Positions 9,033 to 18,499 of a DNA stretch of 19,415 nucleotides are shown one piece after another. The stretch's first letter is position 1; each line of letters starts with the position of its first letter. Position numbers and translations under genes: made by a program. This DNA comes from Octopus sinensis (Eukaryota), in the NCBI RefSeq assembly GCF_006345805.1, contig NW_021824248.1, forward strand, positions 1 to 19,415. Direction: 5' to 3'. The notes under the pieces are model-generated. The model was not told where the DNA came from, searched no databases, and saw only the letters and a program-made list of their open reading frames with translations.

Positions 9033-9577
9033 ATGGATGGTAAATCAAATTAATACACTTGTCAAAGTTATCTAGTGGTTGTCTTTTGAGATGTAACATT
9101 GATCATCATTTGCTGCTGAAAGGATGCCGGTTCACACATACAAACATTCACATACTTCCCTTTTACACGCACACACATACACACATAATCAGAGTTGAAA
9201 CACTGTTTGATTTTTCTTTTCAGTGTTGAATGTTTACCATCCCACCACCACGTTTGCCATCACCCCTTCCTTCCTTATTCAGCTATCACCCCCTTCCTTT
9301 CTCATACATATGTTGTGACAGAGAAAAACACAAGCATACCATTATAGTAAATAAATATTAAAAAAATAAATTTTATCCTACATTAGTTATAAATTGAATA
9401 GTGTTCACTTCCGGATTCTCTCAGTCTGTGAAAGTTTCTAGTTCGAATCACATGTGTCTCGAGATGTGCCGAAGATTTTCTATTTTGGATATATTTGGGG
9501 TACTTAGGTCTGCTCAGGACTTAGTACTTGCTTTTTCCATGGGTATGAGTAAGTATTTCACTTATATCCCACGTATT

Positions 9578-9630
9578 TATCGCTGAAGAGGGGAAAATTC
9601 TTATGAATTAACCCCGAAATTGGACCAATA
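9578..9630 (+). ncRNA. Decayed type-I hammerhead ribozyme (Penelope-like pLTR remnant)
   Basis: tatcg-CTGAAGA-GGGG-(18 nt)-CCCC-GAAA-ttg-GAC-caata. The core and stem II are intact; stem III and the cleavage triplet are mutated. Confidence 0.6.
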
Positions 9631-9967
9631 CGGTAATAACGAATTTTTTAGAAATTTCTATCGGTTTGTTTCGAGACGCATAAATTATAATGGTTATTGA
9701 CAATTTTTGTCTTTTTTTCAGCATATTTGGCATTAGAATTTTTCTTTTGCCCTTATCTTGTAAATTATTAAATATAAAAAAGGTTAATCTGCCATCTTGT
9801 GCATATAGCAATGTTGCAACATGTGGCAACGCTGCAACACATGGCAACACTGGTTCTGACATGCCTGCACAGCTGCACATAGCGACGGAGTGACATTAAA
9901 TTTCATTGCTACTCTTGAAATTAATGTTTTGCTTAACGAGTTTCTTTACGAGATTCTTTAATGCATA

Positions 9968-10208
9968 CTCTTTACTCTTTTACTCTTTTACTTTTTTACT
10001 TGTTTCAGTCATTTGACTGTGGCCATGCTGGAGCACCGCCTTAAGTCGAGCAAATCGACCCCGGGACTTATTCTTTGTAAGCCTAGTACTCATTCTATCG
10101 GTCTCTTTTGCTGAACTGCTAAGTTTGCTAAGTTATGGGGACGTAAACACACCAGTATCGGTTGTCAAGCGATGTTGGGGGAACAAACACAGACATACAC
10201 ACACACAC

Positions 10209-10247
<39 letters not shown>

Positions 10248-10445
10248 CTTTTACTCTTTTACTTGTTTCAGTCATTTGACTGTGGCCATGCTGGAGCACC
10301 GCCTTAAGTCGAGCAAATCGACCCCGGGACTTATTCTTTGTAAGCCTAGTACTCATTCTATCGGTCTCTTTTGCTGAACCGCTAAGTTAAGGGGACGTAA
10401 ACACACCACCATCGGTTGTCAAGCGATGATGGGGCGACAAACACA

Positions 10446-10494
<49 letters not shown>

Positions 10495-10625
10495 CTTTTA
10501 CTCTTTTACTTTTTTACTTGTTTCAGTCATTTGACTGTGGCCATGCTGGAGCACACACATACATATATATGACAGGCTTCTTTCAGTTTCTTTCTGCCAA
10601 ATCCACTCACAAGGCTTTGGTCAGC
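9968..10625 (-). mobile_element. Family A SINE with a tandemly triplicated 3' module
   Basis: Units at 9968-10246, 10247-10493 and a partial unit at 10494-10552 share private variants (GACTGTGGCC; CCGCCTTAAGTCG and TACTCATTC in the two long units). A 5'-module piece follows at 10553-10625. Confidence 0.9.
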
Positions 10626-10883
10626 TAGTATATAAATAAAATAGTGTACATATTTATTCACAAAAGGGGGTGACCCTTAACAGGATACCTTACTTGCTAG
10701 AAAGGGCGTTTTTTGTCTTCTCATTCTGTGGATTATTTTTTACAAAACGAGATAAATATTTATTTTCAAAGTGAAAATAATTATCAAATTAAAATAACAT
10801 TAATTATAGCAAATCTCATTTGACTAATTGTGACCCGTGGCAGTGTTTATTCATGAATTAATTACAGGTGTAACATATTGGGT

Positions 10884-11578
10884 GAATTAGTGCCAGATGG
10901 AGCAGCAATTTTAGCATGAGCAAGCAACAAGTGTTCCTATTATTACCTCTGCCTTAGTGAAGGTATTGTTTTCAGTTGTGTTTGTTTGTTCGTTTCCTTG
11001 TCTGTGGACAAGATATCTCAAAAACCGCTTGATGGATTTGGGTGAAACTTTCAGGGATGTTTGGCCTCATGACTGGCATGAACTGATCAGATTTTGGGAT
11101 CAATCCGGTACCGAACAAGGATTCTGGATTATTTATTATATTTACTTTACATGATTTCGATCTTATGTTAACCTTCAAGTCTTTCTCAAAGTCTTTCTCA
11201 ATTATCTCCTTTTAGGCTGTAACTATTTTTAATGGGGAATTAGTGCCAGATGGAGCAACAATTTTAGCATGAGCAAGCAACAAGTGTTCCTATTATTACC
11301 TCTGCCTTAGTGAAGGTATTGTTTTCAGTTGTGTTTGTTCGTTTCCTTGTCTGTGGACAAGATATCTCAAAAACCGCTTGATGGATTTGGCTGAAACTTC
11401 CAGTGATGTTTGGCTAGATGACTGGCATGAACTGATCAGATTTTGGGATCAATCCGGTACTGGACAAGGATTCTGGATTATTTATTATATTTACTTTACA
11501 TGATTACGATCTTATGTTAACTTTCAAGTCTTTCTCAATTATCTCCCTTTAGGCTGTAACTATTTTTAATGGGGAATT
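10884..11578. repeat. Direct tandem duplication (353 + 337 bp) containing a Helentron/HINE-like core
   Basis: GAATT microhomology at 10884, 11237 and 11574. The core TTATTACCTCTGCC..GTTTTCAG..GATATCTCAAAAACC..GATGGATTTG..GAAAC..TTTTGGGATCAATCCGG resembles the widespread TTATTACCTCCGCC family. Confidence 0.85.
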
Positions 11579-11599
11579 TGTTAACTTTGGTTTGTATTA

Positions 11600-11795
11600 G
11601 GTAGACTTTGCCGTTCATCCTTTCGGGTTCAAAAAAATAAATACCAGCTGAATACTGGGGTCGATGCTATTGACTTTCCCCTTCTTCGGACATGTTGGCC
11701 TTGCAGAAAAACCTAAAACCCTTAATATAAAAAATGTATAAAGCAGCAAGCTCACAGAATCGTTAGCATGCTGGCCAAAATGCTTAGTGATTGGT
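11600..11795 (+). mobile_element. Two degraded family B SINE pieces (core at about 11600-11705, head at about 11741-11795)
   Basis: GACTTTGCCGTTCATCCTTTCGGG..ATACCAG..CTGGGGTCGAT; AAAGCAGCAAGCTCACAGAATCGTTAGCA. Confidence 0.65.
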
Positions 11796-12007
11796 AGTTT
11801 CTCCATTTCTTGCTTCCTCCATTTTGTCAACTCATGAGATTGTGCTTTGTGTGGCCTTTTGAGTCGTTTTTTTTACTCTTATTTCTAGCAATGCTAGTAT
11901 TATCTGTATCCTTGTTTATTGCACACACACACGCACACACACATGAACACACACACATGCACACACACACATGCACACACACACGCACACTCACACACAC
12001 ATATATA

Positions 12008-12448
12008 TACTGTTGTGTCTGGGGAGAGTCATTCTCTTTTGGTGCCTTATATATTTCTTTATTGCCCACAAGGGGCTAAACATAGAGAGGACAAACAAGG
12101 ACAGACAAAGGGATTAAGTCGATTATATCGACCCCAGTGCATAACTGGTACTTTTATTTATCGACCCAGAAAAGATGAAAGGCAAAGTCGACCTCAGCGG
12201 AATTTGAACTCAGAACGTAACGACAGACGAAATACCGCTAAGCATTCCGCCCGGTGCGCTAATGTGTCTGCCACCTTGCCGCCTTATAATTTAACACACT
12301 CACCAGTAAAATTTCCATTTATTTCCTTTTTTATATCAAAAAATTCTTTAAAAATAAAAAATAAAAACAGAAGTAAGTGGAAATTTTACCAGTGTGTTAA
12401 ATTATAAGGCACTAAAAGAAAATGACTCTCCCCAGACACAACAGCATA
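12008..12448. mobile_element. Fold-back element whose left arm is interrupted by a SINE
   Basis: 12008-12051 joined to 12289-12317 is the reverse complement of 12378-12448, with few differences. Confidence 0.75.
12052..12285 (-). mobile_element. Full-length family B (Nin-like) SINE
   Basis: Reverse complement of the 3810-4048 family; GCCTTATA is repeated at 12044-12051 and 12281-12288. Confidence 0.9.
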
Positions 12449-12521
12449 TGCTTCAACACACGAACTAACATAAAGAATCTTGCAAACCAAATCCAAAAAT
12501 GAAATATATATACATACACCA

Positions 12522-12947
12522 TTGAGGCAAGTGAGGATCAGAATCGAAATCGATCAATGGAAATCGATCAATGGAAATTGCAGATGTGTTACCAGTGCCG
12601 GTGGCATGTAAGAGAACTTTCCGTTTCGTGACCGTTGCCAGCACCGCCCCGTTTCGTGTCCATTGCCAGCCTCGCCTGGCCCTCGTGCCGGTGGCACATA
12701 AAAAGCACCATCCGTTCGTGGCCGTTTGCCAGCTCTGTCTGGCACCAGTGCGGGTGGCACGTAAAAAGCACCCACTACACTCACGGAGTGGTTGGCGTTA
12801 GGAAGGGCATCCAGCCGTAGAAACACTGCCAGATTTGACTGGGCCTGATGAAGCCTTCTGGCTTCACAGACCCCAGTAGAACCGTCCAACCCATGCTAGC
12901 ATGGAAAACGGACGCTAAATGATGATGATGATGATGATGATGATGAT
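12522..12947 (+). mobile_element. Family C SINE with a long (GAT)n tail
   Basis: Internal repeats, the AGGAAGGGCATCCAGCCGTAGAAAC core, and CCATGCTAGCATGGAAAACGGACG-(TGA)n. Confidence 0.9.
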
Positions 12948-13058
12948 AAACCCTCCTTCCCTTCTTTCCTGAGTGTCAAATAATACTTTAATTGTTCCAC
13001 GTCCTCGCGTTGCTGTGTTTTTTACTGTGTTTTCTTGTTTGGATTAACTATATATATA

Positions 13059-13530
13059 TATTGTTATATTTCGGAATGGTCATTTTGCCAGTTTAGCCAA
13101 TAAAAACACACGCACTATATATTTGGTGTTACTTTGCTTCAGTGTTATTTATTTTTTACATTAATCTTAATCTTATTTCGGCCAGAGTTCTTTCATCACA
13201 CTCCTGTGACCGCATCAGTGGTCCTTTGTTTTCTTCTTTCTTACTTGTGTCTCTCCTTACTAACCGTCAGCCATTTTGTATTTTTGAGTCGTTTTTTACT
13301 CTTATTTCTAGCAATGCTGGTATTATCTGTATCCTTGTTTATTACACACACACTCTAGCTGAAATAAGATTAAGATTAATGTAAAAAATAAATAACATTG
13401 AAGCAAAATAACACCAAATATATCGTGCGTGTGTTTTTATTGGCTAAACTGGCAAAATGACCATTCCGAAATATAACAATATCTGTTTCAACACACGTCT
13501 TCATATAAAAAATCTTGCACAACAAATATT
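13059..13530. mobile_element. Fold-back element (about 130-bp arms), Penelope-like pLTR-derived
   Basis: Arms 13059-13189 and 13353-13481 are inverted repeats. It shares modules with 11819-11930 and 12449-12495. Confidence 0.7.
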
Positions 13531-13534
13531 TAAA

Positions 13535-13535
13535 C

Positions 13536-13580
<45 letters not shown>

Positions 13581-13646
13581 TAATAATGATAATAATAATA
13601 ATAAGAAGAATAATAATTTATACATATAATATATATATCATATATT
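13535..13646. repeat. (TA)n and (AAT)n microsatellites
   Basis: Direct reading of the sequence. Confidence 0.9.
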
Positions 13647-14044
13647 ATAATAAATATTAGGGAATAAATCCAAATTTACAGGGAAAAATCAGATTTAGGA
13701 TTGAATCTAATTTTATAGTAAAATATTATATATATTAAATTAGAGACAAAACCACTATTATGCAATCAAACAAAGAAAGACTTAAGCCAATACATAAAAT
13801 AATTTATATAAATTAGAAATTTAACAATTATAAATAACCACTACGATCGTTTCATGTCTTATTTCAGCACATCTTTGAGACATTCTTCAGGTGGTTTCAA
13901 AACCTTCTTTTAAGATGTGCTGAAATAAGTAGTGGTTATTTATAATTGTTAAATTTCTAAATTTATATAAATTATTTTATGTATTGGCTTAAGTCTTTCT
14001 TTGTTTGATTTTGATAATAGTGGTTTTGTCTCTAATTTAATATA
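13647..14044 (-). mobile_element. Fold-back Penelope-like element with an intact hammerhead
   Basis: Arms 13731-13875 and 13912-14044 are inverted repeats; the right arm has a 14-nt deletion. Homologous to 183-490. Confidence 0.8.
13836..13896 (-). ncRNA. Intact minimal type-I hammerhead ribozyme
   Basis: Minus strand: aaccac-CUGAAGA-augucu-(18 nt loop)-agacau-GAAAC-gauc-GUA-gugguu. It has a 6-bp stem I, a 6-bp stem II, a palindromic ACGAUCGU stem III and a GUA cleavage triplet. Confidence 0.85.
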
Positions 14045-14062
14045 ATATCATATATTATATAT

Positions 14063-14306
14063 CATCATCATCATCATCATCGTTTAACGTCCGTTTTCCG
14101 CGCTAGCACGGGTTGGACGGTTTCGACCGGGGTCTGGGGAGCTCGGGACTGCCCCAGGCTCCAGTCTAGTCTGGCAGTGTTTCTACAGCTGGATGCCCTT
14201 CCTAACGCCAACCACTCCGCGAGTGTAGTTGGTGTTTTTTACGTGCCACCTGCACAGGTGCCAGAGGGGTCTGGCATCGGCCACGTTCGGATGGTGCTTT
14301 TTATGT
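14063..14306 (-). mobile_element. Family C SINE, 3' part
   Basis: (CAT)n-CGTTTAACGTCCG..GGATGCCCTTCCTAACGCCAACCAC. Confidence 0.88.
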
Positions 14307-14583
14307 GGGGGGGGGTGCAGAAATATAGGGGAGCACCAGTGGGGAGGGGTGGTCAGAGAATGATGACAGGTTCTAGGCAAGTAGAACGTAGGATATCGAG
14401 AGAGGGGTAATGCATGGTGAAATAGCGTATTGAAGAGGGGGGTTCGAAGAGTAGACACCTATATGGTGGTGGAGAAGCGACATCCGGTATAGATGGAGCA
14501 AATATAGAGATATCCGGTACTGGTGGTGGGGGTGGGCAGGGCGGGTGCACCGCGAAGATACGAAGTTTGATTTTAGATGAATG

Positions 14584-14584
<1 letters not shown>

Positions 14585-14619
<35 letters not shown>

Positions 14620-14668
14620 GAAATTAGATAGATAGAGAAATTTGATAAATAGTTAGACAGATAGAGAA
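14585..14668. repeat. (GATA)n microsatellite
   Basis: Direct reading of the sequence. Confidence 0.9.
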
Positions 14669-15026
14669 ACATAAGAGGGAGTATCCTGTGTAGATGGTGA
14701 GAACAGTGTTCACCGGTATTGGTGGTGAGGGTGGGAGGGCGGGCGCACCGCGCATTGGGAGAAGATGAGGTTTTAGGCGGCAGAAAGAAGACAGGATTGA
14801 GATGAAATGCTTTGCGGTGGTGTGAATAAGTTTTTGTGAGTGAAAGTTTTTATGCTTCAGCTAGCATTTGAGACAAAAGACAATGATAACGCTATTAGAT
14901 GGGGATACAATAATAATAAGGCTTGCAAAAACAATGAAAAGAGGAAACAGGTCGGGAACTTAGCTTGATGTTTTTCATCCTGTGGTATTGGCTAAGCCTG
15001 TGGAAGCGAGTGAAGGTGAGATATAT

Positions 15027-15027
<1 letters not shown>

Positions 15028-15065
<38 letters not shown>

Positions 15066-15157
15066 GTGACACCGCGCATTATACATACATATACTTGTTT
15101 ATATATATACCTATATATGTATATATTATATATATGTTATATACATACATATATATA

Positions 15158-15206
<49 letters not shown>

Positions 15207-15310
15207 TTATATATATATATGCCTATACACATGCATATATATTATATATATATATATCATCATCATCGTTTAACATCCGCTTTCCATGCTAGCATATAAA
15301 TATATATATA

Positions 15311-15350
<40 letters not shown>
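15028..15350. repeat. (GA)n and (TA)n tracts with a family C tail fragment (15257-15295)
   Basis: Direct reading of the sequence. Confidence 0.9.
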
Positions 15351-15352
<2 letters not shown>

Positions 15353-15420
15353 TGGTGCTATTAAGTTAGACATGGTGCGGGCCATTCATTGGTTAAAACA
15401 TATCTAAGTTATATATGTAT

Positions 15421-16272
15421 AGAGGGTGTGGTGAATTAGCTGTCGTCTAAATTACACACAAATGAAAAATAACACAGACATCTCATTTTGACTTATATTT
15501 AGTAAAATTACATAAGAATATCTTGAAATACTAAAGAATAAATTTATTCAATAAAATCGCCATTGGCTTCAGTCATGGCCTCCAGATGACTTCGGAATCT
15601 CCTGCAACTCTTCTAGATGGTTTCCTTATTTAAGTCAGTCAATGCTGCTATAATCCTTGCCTTCAGTTCATCTTTGGTGTTACAAGGAGTTTTGTTGGTC
15701 TCTTGCTCAATTGCCATCCACTCATGATAATCAAGGGGTTTGCAGTCTGGGGAGTCAGGTGGCCAGATGTTAGGGGTGATATGGTTGCAGAAATTGTCCA
15801 ACAGCCACGACTGGGTTCTCCTGCTTGTGTGGCATGGTGCAGAGTCCTGTTGCCAGACATAGGGTCTTCCAGCAGCCACCCTCTTGACCCAGGGCAGTAC
15901 AACTTCCTCCAGGCACTTGATGTAGGCCTCTGTATTGAGTGTGAGGCCATGTGGGAAGATGAATGGAGGCATAATGTAATCACTCCAAACACCATAATGC
16001 TGACTAGATATATTTTTTTATCACTCTTGGTACATGTTCTCAGATTGCACTGTCCTCAGATCGACACCCAAACATTCCGAAATGTTTGTATTGGAGCTTC
16101 CGGCATGAATGGCAAGCAGCACAGCATGCTTCCAAATTTCTGGCAGAGTGAAATGTGTTATGATGCTGTTTTTCTCACAGACTGTGCCCTACTGACCCTA
16201 CTATGCCGTGTAGTTGACAAAATCAAAAACAAATTAAAACTATAAAATGGTGACAGTTTACCCATCGCACTC

Positions 16273-16274
<2 letters not shown>
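15421..16274 (-). mobile_element. Internally deleted Tc1/mariner DD37D (maT) transposon
   Basis: Degenerate TIRs AGAGGGTGTGGTGAATTAGCTGTCG (15421) and GGTGACAGTTTACCCATCGCACTCCT (16249) enclose a transposase remnant; total length is about 850 bp. Confidence 0.75.
15544..15998 (-). pseudogene. DD37D transposase C-terminal remnant
   Basis: WQQDSAPCH...WPPDSPDCKPLD, with 37 residues between the 2nd and 3rd catalytic D. There is a frameshift between MVFGVIT and MPPFIF, and a TAG stop before KSCRRFRSHLEAMTEANGDFIE*. The N-terminus and first D are missing. Confidence 0.9.
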
Positions 16275-16356
<82 letters not shown>

Positions 16357-16360
16357 TATA
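16275..16360. repeat. (CT)n-(TA)n microsatellite
   Basis: Direct reading of the sequence. Confidence 0.95.
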
Positions 16361-17014
16361 TGTAGAAAAATACAAACTGGGACAAGAACGTAAAACATTT
16401 AGAAGACGATACAAAAAACATGGACGGGACATTTGAAGCTTTCAGTCAAGAACCGGATCATCCTCGCAATTTCGGCTGATTAATCTTGAGATCGCTCCGA
16501 TCCAGCCAGCCCCAAGGAAAAACTAAGCTACGAGCATTAGATTTCTTGGAAAAAGGATCGAATGTATACGAAACAAGGACAGAAAAACGGACGATGCCGC
16601 ACGAATATAAAATACAAAAAACAATAATAGTAATAACAGGACAAAAACAGTGGGTGTCTTACGACTAATAGACAGTACAACTTAGTTTAGCTGGCGTATT
16701 TGGAAAAAAATGCCTTTTTCGGCAGACGAAGACAACGATGTTCTCGTGGCACTGGTTAGAAGCCGAAAGGCTGGTTGACCAGCGGTCACGTGAGAGCAAA
16801 AGAGAGAGAAAAAAAAGGGGGCAAAGGAATCAAAGATATATATATATATACCCAGACACATACAAAGAGACGGAGACAGAGAAGGACCCATACTCATACA
16901 CACATAGATATAAATGCATTGACATACACATACAAATGAAAGGAAGATAAGGGGAAGAAAGCATAAAGAATATGTGTGTGTGTGTGTGTATATAATATAT
17001 ATATATATATATAT

Positions 17015-17397
17015 AGGCGCAGGAGTGGCTGTGTGGTAAGTAGCTTGTTTACCAACCACACGGTTCCGGGTTCAGTCACACTGCGTGGCACCTTGGGCAA
17101 GTGTCTTCTACTATAGCCTTGGGCCGACCAAAGCCTTGTGAGTAGACGGAAACTGAAAGAAGCCTGTCGTATATATGTATATATATGTATGTGTGTGTGT
17201 ATATGTTTGTGTATCTGTGTTTGTCCCCTCCAACATCGCTTGACACCTTAGCAGTTTGGCAAAAGAGACCGATAGAATAAGTACTGGGCTTACAAAAGAA
17301 TAAGTCCCGGGGTCGAATTGCTCGATTAAAGGCAGTGCTTCAGCATGGCCACAGTCAAATGACTGAAACAAGTAAAAGATTAAAGAAAGATAAAAGA
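17015..17397 (+). mobile_element. Family A SINE with small internal deletions
   Basis: GGCGCAGGAGTGGCTGTGTGG head through TGACTGAAACAAGTAAAAG tail. Confidence 0.92.
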
Positions 17398-17529
17398 TTA
17401 TATAGATAAATAGATAGATAGATATGTTTCTTTATTGGCAACACAAGGCTGAGAGAGACAGATAGATAGATAGAAAGAGAGAGAATGAGAGAGAGACAGA
17501 CAGACAGACAGATAGAGTGATAGATAGAT

Positions 17530-17718
17530 AGATCACTAGCCACTACACATACTTTATTTTCTCTCCTTGTTTCTCTCCTTGTTTCTTTCTGTGTAAGAGC
17601 GTAGGCTCAAAACATTAAAAGCTTTTTCACTTCCTGAGCATTAAACTAATACATCTGTTTGTTGTCTACAACACCTGTCTTCACCTTTTGTTTTTTTCTT
17701 GTGAATTCCCCACCCCTT
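17530..17718 (+). mobile_element. Possible Penelope-like pLTR remnant with hammerhead relic
   Basis: AAGAGC-GTAG-GCTC-AAAAC-ATTA relic at 17595-17617. The downstream TTCCTGAG..AA..AATAC motif resembles 12969-13050. It is embedded in (GATA)n. Confidence 0.4.
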
Positions 17719-17825
17719 AATAAATAAATAGATAGAGAGAGAGAGAGACAGATAAATAGATAGATACACAGACAGACAGACAGACAGATAGATAGATAGA
17801 TAGGTAGGTAGGTAGATAGATAGAG

Positions 17826-17864
<39 letters not shown>

Positions 17865-17885
17865 CAGACATATATATATATATAG

Positions 17886-17940
<55 letters not shown>

Positions 17941-17973
17941 CAGATAGATAGATTTATAGACAGACAGATAAAG

Positions 17974-18016
<43 letters not shown>

Positions 18017-18079
18017 CAAACATATATATATATAGATAGATAGATAGACATAGATAGATAGATAGACATAGATAGATAA

Positions 18080-18144
<65 letters not shown>

Positions 18145-18201
18145 CAGACATATATATATATATAGATAGATAGATAGATAGACATAGATAGATAGATAGA
18201 C

Positions 18202-18266
<65 letters not shown>

Positions 18267-18288
18267 CATAGATAGATAAATAGATATA
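17719..18288. repeat. (GATA)n/(GACA)n compound satellite with higher-order blocks
   Basis: Direct reading of the sequence. Confidence 0.95.
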
Positions 18289-18499
18289 CATTCACAAGTA
18301 TTGGTGATATTGTTAAATGTTGTGTAGCTACAATGAGAGATATTATGCCAGTGAATTAAGTGCAACAAAGAACTGTAAGAAAGAAAGAGGAATTCTGAGA
18401 TAATTCTTCTCCTGCAGAGACGGGGGAAGATTGTTTTGAGTGTTTGAATAAGAATCTGAAACTTTTAAGCCAGCTTGAACATGTCATTTGCTTTCTTCC

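Noticed and set aside
8382-9852. CAGTGTTGCC ... GGCAACACTG as possible hAT TIRs
   Set aside because: There is no 8-bp TSD (TATACTAG versus GTTCTGAC), and the left motif is part of the Helentron-like start.
2362-11578. Similar periods (332-354 bp) of the hAT array and the 10884 duplication, suggesting dinucleosome constraint
   Set aside because: Only two examples, and the third duplication has a 266-bp period; this is insufficient evidence.
16361-16960. CpG-retaining segment that might be a Penelope-like pLTR (minus-strand GGCTG..CAGCC-GAAA)
   Set aside because: No CUGANGA is correctly placed, and there is no second copy or ORF in the window; it remains unclassified.
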